From Perkinsus chesapeaki ATCC PRA-425 (taxonomy: Eukaryota; Protista; Perkinsozoa): a stretch of 64,000 nucleotides of DNA. The notes below the pieces were generated by a model. It saw only the letters and a program-made list of their open reading frames with translations, searched no databases and was not told where the DNA came from. Each line of letters opens with the position of its first letter. Within the stretch, counting starts at the first letter, position 1. Of the stretch, positions 13,108 through 23,185 are shown one piece after another. The position numbers and the translations under genes are program-made. The stretch lies in assembly GCA_013115145.1 (NCBI GenBank), contig JAAPAO010000010.1, positions 1 to 64,000 of the forward strand. The letters are read 5' to 3'.

Positions 13108-13838
13108 GAGATGATACGGCCTTCTATTTGCTACATCAGCTCTCGGTGCCATTTTGTTGCTTCAAAGACCTTTATGATTGCTGATACAGTATGGCTTTTT
13201 TTGTGTGTTGTGTTACAAGTCATATGCAGCAGCACCCGCAGACCAGTGATAAGCTCATGCCGATTTTGGAATGTCTATTGCCCTTTTCCTCAGAGGTGTA
13301 AGATTCGCTTGCCGCCGAGTCCAGTGTTACTGTACACTGGGTCCCAGGGATCCCAGCACAACAGCAATGAATTCGGTGTTATATTATTTAGCAACTTACG
13401 AACACGACTTTGCTGACGCTAACAATAGACCTTTCGAAAAGCTCTTAATAATGCTCCCCTCTAAAAATGGTACGCGTTGTGTCGATTCTGTGATAAAGAC
13501 GGAGAAGGCGTCTGAATGCAAGGGAGCCTCAAGCCTCAACTCATATATCTGACCAAAGAAAGACCGGAATTCAAGGCACAGCAGTAACTATAATAGCGAC
13601 ACTATAATATCTGACACGGTATCAATTCAAAGCGCTTTCAACTACAAGTGAAGATGAAAGACTATTTTTAAAATCAATTAATGTCAGACTCCCCCCCCCC
13701 CTGTGCGGACGTCAATACATCCATTCCTCAACAACTCATCCATTCCACGTCTCTCACGTAGCCCTGCTCGCCCGCCTCCCCGAAATCCACACGTCTCCAC
13801 TCCCTCCCCTCAGTGACGGTTCGCCATTGCTTACAACG

Positions 13839-14320
13839 ATGACTCCAGTATACATGGTGTGCGTTATACCATTCCTATCCTTCCTTGGCCTGGCACTCTC
13901 CCTCAGAGCTGGGGGCGCTTTGAACCTCGTGGAGAAGAATATGCCATATCTTTTGAAGTGGGGGGAAATAGAGTTAATGTTATTTACGACTTTTTCGGAG
14001 ATGATGCTTCCGATAACTTCATGGTAAGACTTGGTGTTACCTGTAGTGGCGGTCATGGCACTACTGATCGAATCTTCCCGGTCAAGAAGGTTTCCCAAGT
14101 GAACTATAAGGTTGGTTTCGGGGAAGGGCTCGATGATTTCAAGAACGATGTCAAAGATAAGCGTAAGTTCCTAAAACTCGAACCAGGTGACTTCGTTGAT
14201 ATTTATCGCCCCGTTGCCCCACCCACCATAGAAATTCAACTACAGGGGAAAACGACTTCCCTCTGTCCTCCTGAGCTTGAGGCAGGCCTAGATGAGTTTT
14301 TCGGTCTTTCACGTACTTGA
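13839..14320 (+). pseudogene. Secreted orphan family copy A, with a -1 frameshift after the signal peptide (pseudogene or sequencing error)
   Basis: The signal MTPVYMVCVIPFLSFLGLALSLR and the body are in different frames. The shift falls at the G5 run 13911-13915, where copy B has GGGTGG. The span is 482 nt, i.e. 3n-1. Confidence 0.75.
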
Positions 14321-14992
14321 GGAGATTCTGATGTATATGCGAGGGTGCAGCCCTATTGAGACAAAATGCTGATGTGTTGATATTATGGCTGTGATAAGCA
14401 TCGGCATTGTGTTTATTCCTAGTATGTCATACTCCCTGAAAGTCATCAATTCACAGACACTCTGATCACTAAATGAACCCACACGTCGTGGGCCATTTCC
14501 GAAAAAATGTATCGAAATACTTAGTCGTGCTTTCTGTATGCGCCCATATAACTCAGTAAACCACAGACGAGAGGCGAACGGGGAACAGTGCCTCGAAGTG
14601 AGTGAGATGAGTTGAGGGATATGAGTTGTAGATCATCTAAGAGTCTTAGACTAGGACCTTTAGCGGCTCAGGCCACGCCGAGAATAGGTCCAAGTCAGAC
14701 GTCTCGTCTCAGAAGGCGACTGGGTTATTACTAACATATTAGCCTAACCCGAGCAGATTTGCGAAGGAAAAGGATACTACTTCGTATTAGAAATGAGGGA
14801 CTATCACTTCACCGACCACGAACCATGTGCTTGTTCTCGATTAAAGTTGTTACTCACATACATCTCAATTTACTCACATTACACACAATCTCATCCATTC
14901 CACGTCTCTCACGGAGCCTTGTTCGCCCGCCTCCCCGAAATGTACACATTTCCACTCCCCCCCTCAGTAACGGTCTGTTATTGTTTACAACG

Positions 14993-15457
14993 ATGTCCAC
15001 TGTATTCATCGTACGCTTCATATCATTCCTATCCTTCCTTGGCCTGGCACTCTCCCTCAGAGGAGGGTGGCGTTCTGACCCTCATGGATTATATGGTACG
15101 AAATTAAAAGTGGGAGAGGATATAGCTGATGTTGTCTACGAGTTCTTTCTTGATAAGTCGAAAAATCTGAAGGTGACCCTTGGTGTAACCTGTAATGACG
15201 TGCATAGCATCACTGATCGAAACTTCCGGGTCAAGGAGGTCTCCCACGGGAAATATGAGGTTCAATTTGGAAATAAACTGGGAGTTTTCCTGAACGATGT
15301 CAAGGATAAGTGTAACTTCCTAAAGCTTAAGCCGGGTGACTTCGTAGAGGTTTCTCAAAGTGTTCCGCCTGCTATAGAGATTCAACTGCAGGGAAAACCT
15401 GCTTCCCTCTACTCTCCCCAAATGGAGGCGGATCTAGGTCACTTAGTCGGTAACTGA
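14993..15457 (+). CDS. Secreted orphan family copy B, intact, 154 aa, intronless
   Basis: MSTVFIVRFISFLSFLGLALSLRG signal; body aligns with copies A and C (LGVTC, F..DVKDKCNFLKLKPGDF, IEIQLQGK). Confidence 0.85.
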   Translation: MSTVFIVRFISFLSFLGLALSLRGGWRSDPHGLYGTKLKVGEDIADVVYEFFLDKSKNLKVTLGVTCNDVHSITDRNFRVKEVSHGKYEVQFGNKLGVFLNDVKDKCNFLKLKPGDFVEVSQSVPPAIEIQLQGKPASLYSPQMEADLGHLVGN

Positions 15458-15667
15458 TATCGACATCGTCCACGTACGTCAGAAGGTTCTAGTGTATATG
15501 TGAGGTGTGTAGGCCATGGTGGGAGATGTGTACTAATGTGTTGATGTTATGTTATACCAAGCAACCTGTATTGTGTTTACTTCCCCGAGTTATGTCTACA
15601 CGTTACCATCCCTTCGCCTCAGTAACGGTTTGCCATTGCTCACAACGATGTCCCCAGTGTTCTTCGC

Positions 15668-16069
15668 ATGTTCCTTTCATTCCTTGGTCTGGTATTTTCC
15701 CTCAGGGGCAGAGAACGCCAGATTCCTGTTGGTAAATATACTAGAACCCGTACAGTGGGGCAAGATGAGGTTGACATATTCTACGAATTCTCTCGAGAAG
15801 GCTCTGACCAATTGATGGTGAGAATTGGTGTTACCTGTAACGGCGTTGGCATCCCCCATAGAAAGCTCCCGGTCAAGGGTCTCTCCGAGATGAAACATGA
15901 GGTCGATTTCGGGGATCAGTTGAATCCGTTTATGGATGATGTTAAACAAAGGTGTACAAGCCTACAGCTTGCCTCAGATGACTTCAAATATGTCATTTAT
16001 ACTGTTGGAAAAGTGGTGCAGATACAACGACAAGGTGATCCACTAATGCTCTATTTGTACCGTGGTTGA
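15668..16069 (+). CDS. Secreted orphan family copy C, 133 aa; the ancestral ATG (15648) is out of frame
   Basis: Body is homologous to A and B. A short deletion in the signal-coding region leaves an in-frame ATG at 15668 (MFLSFLGLVFSLRG). Confidence 0.7.
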   Translation: MFLSFLGLVFSLRGRERQIPVGKYTRTRTVGQDEVDIFYEFSREGSDQLMVRIGVTCNGVGIPHRKLPVKGLSEMKHEVDFGDQLNPFMDDVKQRCTSLQLASDDFKYVIYTVGKVVQIQRQGDPLMLYLYRG

Positions 16070-16948
16070 TGAACAGTCTCGCCTGAGTGGTTGAGGTCAA
16101 GGTTCTAGTATGTATGTGAGAGTGTAGCCCCATTATGGTGTAATGCTCATGATGGTTTGATGTTATGTTGTACTAGGCAACTTTGCTTCGTGTTCATTCC
16201 TAAACTCCATAGAGCAATAGACCCTCTGATGACTGAATGAACCCATACCGCCTTGTGGCACTAGTTCCTCTTCTACCGTACTGAGACCTCATTGCCGCAT
16301 TGCTATGGCCCGCAACTACAGTAAAGCTTCCGAGCCCACTATAGCGTCCAGATCTCACGTAGAGATTGTGGAGTACAATCCATCGCGGTGAATGTTATAT
16401 TATGATTCTGAACATGATAGTACTACCAAGCAGTTAAGTACTCGTTTGACAGTATGGTGAATGGGTTCGCCAATGAGCAGCTGCGATCTACAGTGTTACT
16501 TTAAAGTGTGCGAGCATATGAGTCACATAATTTGAAGTTCGCGGACTTCCTCGGAATGCCACCATCTTTATGACCTTGACACGAAGTGGTGGACTACAGT
16601 ACCAAGTTGGTACTACCAACCGCAATGCACAGTCACGGTCACACCGCACGCATGCGCATGTAGTGAAGTCAGGTGTGGTGGGGAATATCACAGACCCAAC
16701 TGTCAGTTGATGAATAGAGATGCGGTCTAGCTCCATGCTATGTTGACGCATAGAAGCTTCTCAAATGCCCCTTTTTCTCTCTATTGGTGCCTTGCCATAT
16801 ACGCCACAATCATGCACTTTTCATGCAGTTGCACAAACGCTACTGGTATTTGCAAAAGCAGAATTGTGCCGAGTCAGTCTCTAGGGAACCTTTCCTCTTA
16901 ATAGGCGTTGGTTACGATAATAGCAGTGACAGATTAAGTGATTTAATA

Positions 16949-17672
16949 ATGTCGACAGCACGAAGCTACTTTGATATTAAACAGAACTATCCGTTCTATG
17001 CAGCTTATCATATGAATAAGTGGAATAAAGTCATACATATGGTGCGTACACTAAGAACGGCACTGCCCCCCATTTTACAGTTTTTCTATCAGATATGCGT
17101 CCCTATAATATACTGGACATCGCTGTTCTTAATAAGGAGATATACACCAGCTCTATATGAAGGCATTACTCTGGCTACCCTAGTCCATGCCTTCTATCTT
17201 CTAAGCTTCTGGTATATGGATTGGCCTGCTGCCTTCCTCTATACCCCTATTATGATGGCATTGTACTCTATATCATCACTATAGCTACTTCGATCTTCTT
17301 GCTACTGTAGGTATCTTATCTCCGCGAATCTTCCCCTTAAATACACTCCACAAGTCTGGTTCATCTTTTGCACCGCCTGGATACTTCAATTTATCGGTCA
17401 TGGTTTCCTCGAGCGTCGCAGGCCAGCTCTGGTGGACAACTTCTTCCAGTCCATTCATGCAGCTGTCTTCTTTGTGTGGTTACAGGTAAGCTGCTTACAA
17501 TCCCCACGATCATTTCATACCGCATTTCTCTCAGATCATGTTCCGTGCCGGCTACAAGCCCGACTTGGATGATGAGCTCGTGCTCCTGACGCAGAAGGAA
17601 CTAGAGAGAGCCGGTCTGGAGAACTCCGCCGAGCAGAAGAAGGCCGACAGTAAAGGCGACAAAAAGGAATAA
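16949..17672 (+). CDS. DUF962/Mpo1-like ER membrane protein, copy 2 (4 exons)
   Basis: FYAAYHMNKWNKVIHM and AWILQFIGHGFLERRRPALVDNFFQSIHAAVFFVWLQ are canonical DUF962 motifs; C-terminus ...KGDKKE*. Confidence 0.92.
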
Positions 17673-18555
17673 ATAGATTTACCACCACTAATATACCTTG
17701 CATATTTGTATGCTATTATGTGACTCCTTTACATTGAATACTTTCGGTATTTTAATAGTCACCTAAAGCTTGAGTTATCAATTGGTGCCTTCGATGAGCC
17801 TGGCAGCTTCTAGGAAAATGTTCACACAGTGCTGCGTATATACTCGCCTACGTACCTCGGCATGCTTTGTACTTCACTGCCTGAGTAAAGCCGTGAATCG
17901 GGCAGGACCGGATTTCAAATTACCGTCACGTGGAACAGCATCAACTGTTCGCTCGTTACCATAGAGTGAGATGAGGTCCTCGACCCCCGTGCGGTGGCAT
18001 AGGCCACGGCGTGGTTTGTGTAAGACAACCACAGAGACGAAATACTAAACCAGAGTAGGCCAAATCTGGATAACCACGGCAGAGCGACAATCATACCGAA
18101 TCGACGAGTACGAGTAAATGGGTAGTGGCTCTGTGGGGGGGCCATTGGCGCCCGGGGAGGACACCTCGAATGACAGGGAGAAGACAGTGACAGACGATCA
18201 CGAGATTCCGATCATCTTATTGAGGTACTGTAGGCCCCTCCATGTCAGGTCATCACAGCCCTTGGGCGAATGTGGGGTCCAATGGACTAGGCTGGACGTG
18301 TGTGACAGCAACCGGAGGTCGGCTGGCATGGATGGAAGAGCGGAGCTGTTGTGAAAGTATTAATTCCCGAAACATTACAAACAGAGCGACAGTGCTCGGG
18401 TATCCGAACCCGAGATGGCGAAAGATAGTTATCGATTTCAAAAGTGCCGTCAAGAGGATGAATCATGGTCGATGTCGATAGCTAAACCAAGTACTTTTCC
18501 ATGGTCTTGATGAACGAGTTTGTCAATAGAGATTGTTGGCAGCTTTCTAAACTGA

Positions 18556-19421
18556 ATGAAGATCATCCTCATTGCGACCTTGCCCGGGTTAGTCGATGGA
18601 TCGTTCGAGGAGGCCGAGGGCTCTGAAGGATGGGTTAAAGATCACAACTATTTTCGTTGCCTCCACGGAGCGGATCCTGTCCAATGGAGTACAGAACTAG
18701 AAGCTAATGCAAAGCAGTGGGCCGCTTACTTGGCCGAGAAAGGCGGCTCGCTGGAGCATTCGGGTGAGCGCTTTCAAAAGCGAAATACCAGAATCATTCT
18801 GTGTGGAGTACAAGTGATTTTCTTTCAGATACCTACGGCGCAGCTCCTTACGCGGGAGAGAATCTGGCCATGGGGTATGGCGCTGCTCCGGCTGTCTGTA
18901 ATGGCAGCAGCAGCACTAACACTGATTTCAATCAACATTGTGCTGTATGGTTATGGTATAATGAATACAATGAATACATGAAGGGACATTGTAACGAATG
19001 GACCGACATATCTGGTATTGGACATTTCACTGCTATGATATGGAAAGGCATAAATAGAATTGGTTGTGCTAATGCCAGTAACTATTATGTCTGTAAATAT
19101 GGTCACACTGATTGTATGACGGAAGACCCCAATGGAGCGAAATATGGCGGCGCTAACTGCTGGGAAGGTGTTCCCTCTAAACTGGCCAATTTCAACAAGG
19201 GCTTATGTCCACTCGATGGAACGTGTGTCGGGTGCCGAGTCGATCAGCTCGAAAATGACGCTGAAGCTCGTCGTGAGCAGTGTGGTGCCGGTCCGCTTGA
19301 GGAGCAGGCTTGGGATAGAAGCAACCCGACACCTTCGGCGGCCAAAGCGCTGAGTGTCCTCGTCATGGTTTACGTTGGTGTTATCATGCAGGCTCTCCCT
19401 AACCACCCCTTTGCTTTATAA
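18556..19421 (+). CDS. CAP/SCP (PR-1-like) secreted protein with Cys-rich tail and hydrophobic C-terminus (2 exons)
   Basis: HNYFRCLH, W...L...A..WA, EHS, GENLA, WYNE and GHFTAMIW..GCA motifs; one GT-AG intron at about 18765-18828. Confidence 0.92.
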
Positions 19422-19656
19422 GTGCACGTATTGCGAAAAAAAATAAAAAAAATATAAAAACTTTTCATACCTTTTTAACGTCATGCAACTTACCAGGCTT
19501 TTACCAATACCGTGTGGAAGTGTTGCGCGTCGAGTACTCCGTAAACAGAACAGATGAGATGAACCGGAAACTAGAGTTAGTTGATATCACATCGGAAACA
19601 TGAATTGAAGCAAACAACAACCGAGCAAATGTATCACAAGTCACAAACGATTATGG

Positions 19657-21773
19657 TCAGGGGAAAGGACTAGATCGATGCTGAATGGTGGCGCGTGGAC
19701 CTGCATCAGGTGAGATGTTAGTTGCACTCATGTCGACTCGAATCACTTCTTCGTGTATTGTGTGGTCCATATCGCTGATGTCCTTCACAGACCGCAGAAC
19801 CTCCTTCATTAAACCAGAGCTGGATTCCTCCACTGAAGATGTCCTGAGAAAATATGCATTCAGTGGCAATGACCACAGTGCTGCTGCACCTACACTATGG
19901 CACTCGGGTCCAGCTCGGCAGCTTCCAGTACAACTTGGTGTGGCTCTCGTGGCAGGGTGGCCATCATAGCCATATGGAGGCTCGCTCTGGCAGGCATCTC
20001 GTTCCTGGCTGGCGGTCGTCTATCTTACTTCGTTCGTGACTTCATTTGCGTCCCATTGTCTTTATGTCGCTGTATCATAAATCTGGCTATCTTCACGGCA
20101 GTTGTTTGAAAATGATGTTGGACCTCTTCTGGGAATGCAGAAGGGCAGAGATAGCAAGCCGATAGGGCAGAGCTTAGCCGGCCCTGACAACCGGACGTCA
20201 GCAAGGACGCTCCGAAAGCCCAACCTCTGTGTACTCTTCAACCCATCCCACTCGGTCGATACAACGATCAACTGCGTGTAGGAGCTGCCATGCAACCATG
20301 GGGTCGTACAGGCCAAGCCGGTTAATGCTGAAATAGGAGCATAAAACGCAGCGCATGAAGTTCGGTGGCAACCTGTGGGAAAGCAAGCTTGCCAGATCGA
20401 GGCTCATATCGTGGCTTGCAGAGGTCAAACAGCTTCTACATGTTCCCATGAGGGATTCCATTGTGGAAGGCTGCACGAATCCGAGCTTCGACAATGCTCT
20501 CAGGCAGAGGGAGATATGCCTGGCAACACATAATCTTGCCCTAATTGTGTCCTATAGTTCCCAATTGTCTTACCGTAGGTCAGTCAGGGTTCCATGGTCC
20601 GGGTCTTCCCGACCCTCTGTGAGAAGGTGATTCAGTTTCAAAGCCTGAAGAGCAGCAAGCCATCACTTGTCATACCGGAGACCGTCATACTGTAGCGAGG
20701 ACAACACGATCATCTCGTGCTCGGAGGATGGCCATCGAGTCCAGGATAGCTCCACAGGCATGGACCGTTACAGCTATAAAGACGACAAGACGTTCCACCC
20801 ACACAACTGAGTAAGTCTTACTAGCAGTTGGCAGCAACGTAACGATACGTGCGAAGATGCAGTGAAAAAGGCGAACCTGAAATGGAGATGATAGAACTGA
20901 AAGACATGGAGCCACGGTACGTGGAACTCGCCGCTCCGTGCACAACTTCGCAAGAGGGACACACACTGCGGAAGGGTGAAGGTGTCAGCGGATAGCTGTA
21001 ATATCTGGAAAAAATCGGTGGTGTTCCGGGATTGGGAAGCAGAAGACCTCGCTGGCCGTCAGGAAGAGCTCGTGATCAGGGGCCTTGGTGTGGCCGAGAA
21101 GATGAAGGATGGAAACGATCGTATCTGAGGTTGAAGAATGCATAATGCAGGTTGCAGTGGGGCTACTGGAATCCATTTCAGACATCCTAGCCAACCACAA
21201 ATGGCGCAGCTTGTAGAGGACATGAGGCTCATTAACGCCGACTTTCGAGAGTATCCCAACAATGACACGAATGTCGTCGACGGAGACGTCTGCGGGGGAC
21301 AAGGCGGAGAGGGCATCGATAGTGGCAGCTAGCAGCGAGCTGTGGACAATCCCTTCCTGTAGGGCAAGGTGCTGGGTATTAAGCAAGCCAGAGATGTCAT
21401 GGGCACTCCTGAAACAACAGGGCTGAGGAGTGGTATTGAATTTGTATTGCAGGAGAGCAGTGATAAGTTAATGCGGACGTACCGTCGTAGTTGAGAGCCC
21501 ACTGAGCTTCGTGCCAAAGATTGCAGTTGCTCCCTCACTGTAGAGTCCATGGTAACTGAAGGCAAAATACAGAGCTGCAGAAAGACCGCCCTAAATACCT
21601 TCACTCGAACTTGGAGTACACATCTCACCATTTGCCATGTCATCCCTCTTGATCTCGGGGAGCTCCTCACTTCTTTGCTGAGCACGGCAAGCAGCCAGCC
21701 CTATGTGTCGACCGACAACCGCACTGACCTGCTTCGGTACCGACACTGCTGCGATAACAGCTGGCGATGACAT
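19657..21773 (-). CDS. Multi-exon hypothetical protein, Leu-rich and likely helical
   Basis: Chain of minus-strand exon-like ORFs (21591-21842, 21329-21685, 20985-21386, 20685-20966, 19657-19869) bounded by GT/AG; ATG at 21773. Confidence 0.55.
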
Positions 21774-21881
21774 TGTAAAAAACGTTATAAAGGTCACGTT
21801 GGCCACAAAACACAACATTCTGGAGAACCCTCGCGAAGGCATATTGAAAAATGTAATGATAATACTATATCGAGGCGTCGC

Positions 21882-23006
21882 CTAGGCCTCAACAAGGGGC
21901 TCCTCGGCGGAGGCCTCCCTCTGCAATTGTTGTGAATCTTCAGTGTAATAGTGGACGAACATTTGAGTGACAAAAGTGTGTTGAACTCGCCATTCTGTTA
22001 TATATATCTGACTAGCGTTACTATTAACCACCACAGAGCAGACACTCTTGGCGGCCTCGGGCAGATCGATACAGCATAAATCTTCATTCCTGTCCAAGTC
22101 TATTATCCTAACACCACACGGCTTACTGCAACCTACTACTGCCAAATTGGCTGTGGGGTGATCAAGGAATCGACATCGAGCTGCATATGGGACATCTATT
22201 ATCTTAGGAGAGCTCTCCCCTTCGATCATCCAATGTATACAGTCATTACTATCATTACTGCAACTTAGTATCTCATACCGGCCATGCCGATTACGGACGT
22301 CGAAGGCGCTGATAGGCCAGTCAGCGTCGAAGGCATAGACCTGTTTGCAAGCCCCTCCGGTCGCTGGAAGCCCCCAAAGCTGGCCATGCGAGTGGTCATA
22401 GAGGTAGAGCATTCCGTTGTAGTAGCGAATGTAATCGATGCGACAGTCCGGGTTTAAAATGGCGAGATCAGTTGGAACCTCCACTGGCGTCGCCTCGGCG
22501 CCCGCTCCAGCGGTCATTCGATAAACCCTATTTTTGCAGAGGAAGTAGATGTTATCCTGCCCATCAGTTACCATGTCTTCGAGGTCACCATCGGACTTAG
22601 TGTACGCAGCTTCGAGGCATAAAGGTGTTTTGCTGCAGTTGAGGGTTGCCACTTCACTGTGACCCTCGCCGTCACCATCGGCCACACGATGGAGCATGGC
22701 TACATTAGAGTTGCCGCCAACTATGCCACCGAGAATGGTGAGACCTGTCTCCACTCGCTGGGCAACGCTTATTCGGCAAGGTCGACGGGAACCCAGAAAC
22801 TTCCAGACGCGCCGTTTGAGCTCGTTCATGGAGACATCCTCTTTATTGAAGGCTCGGTCTATCGAGGCAAGGTCCAGGAAGATACCAAGTTGTGATGCGA
22901 GAAAGGAGCGGTATGAGCTGTTAGAGGCAAGAACGCTCGAGGGAATCTTGAGGTCGGTTTGCGGCCCCGTGGCAGATGGTATTGGTAAAGAGGGCGAAGA
23001 TCCCAT
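21882..23006 (-). CDS. Intronless 374-aa hypothetical protein with beta-propeller-like repeats
   Basis: Long ORF with recurring beta-strand blades (DGQDNIYFLCKNRVYRM, YYNGMLYLYDHSHGQLWGL, VVNSNASQIYITEW) and an upstream pyrimidine-AG site. Confidence 0.75.
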   Translation of the reverse strand: MGSSPSLPIPSATGPQTDLKIPSSVLASNSSYRSFLASQLGIFLDLASIDRAFNKEDVSMNELKRRVWKFLGSRRPCRISVAQRVETGLTILGGIVGGNSNVAMLHRVADGDGEGHSEVATLNCSKTPLCLEAAYTKSDGDLEDMVTDGQDNIYFLCKNRVYRMTAGAGAEATPVEVPTDLAILNPDCRIDYIRYYNGMLYLYDHSHGQLWGLPATGGACKQVYAFDADWPISAFDVRNRHGRYEILSCSNDSNDCIHWMIEGESSPKIIDVPYAARCRFLDHPTANLAVVGCSKPCGVRIIDLDRNEDLCCIDLPEAAKSVCSVVVNSNASQIYITEWRVQHTFVTQMFVHYYTEDSQQLQREASAEEPLVEA

Positions 23007-23185
23007 TGAAAAAGTGCAACTGTTATGGTATCACCACTGAACGCAAGAGCACGGCGAACTTTCTGATAATGGAGAAATAATCATACCGCAATCCTCCTGA
23101 GCGGCTAATAATGAAACTCGCAAAACTACAGGTATGTTAAAAAAGTACAGAAATAGGGCAACGATGGCGATGATGATACAGTGAA

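Noticed and set aside
16598-16614. 8-bp palindrome AGTACCAA-G-TTGGTACT
   Set aside because: About one such match is expected by chance in 64 kb.
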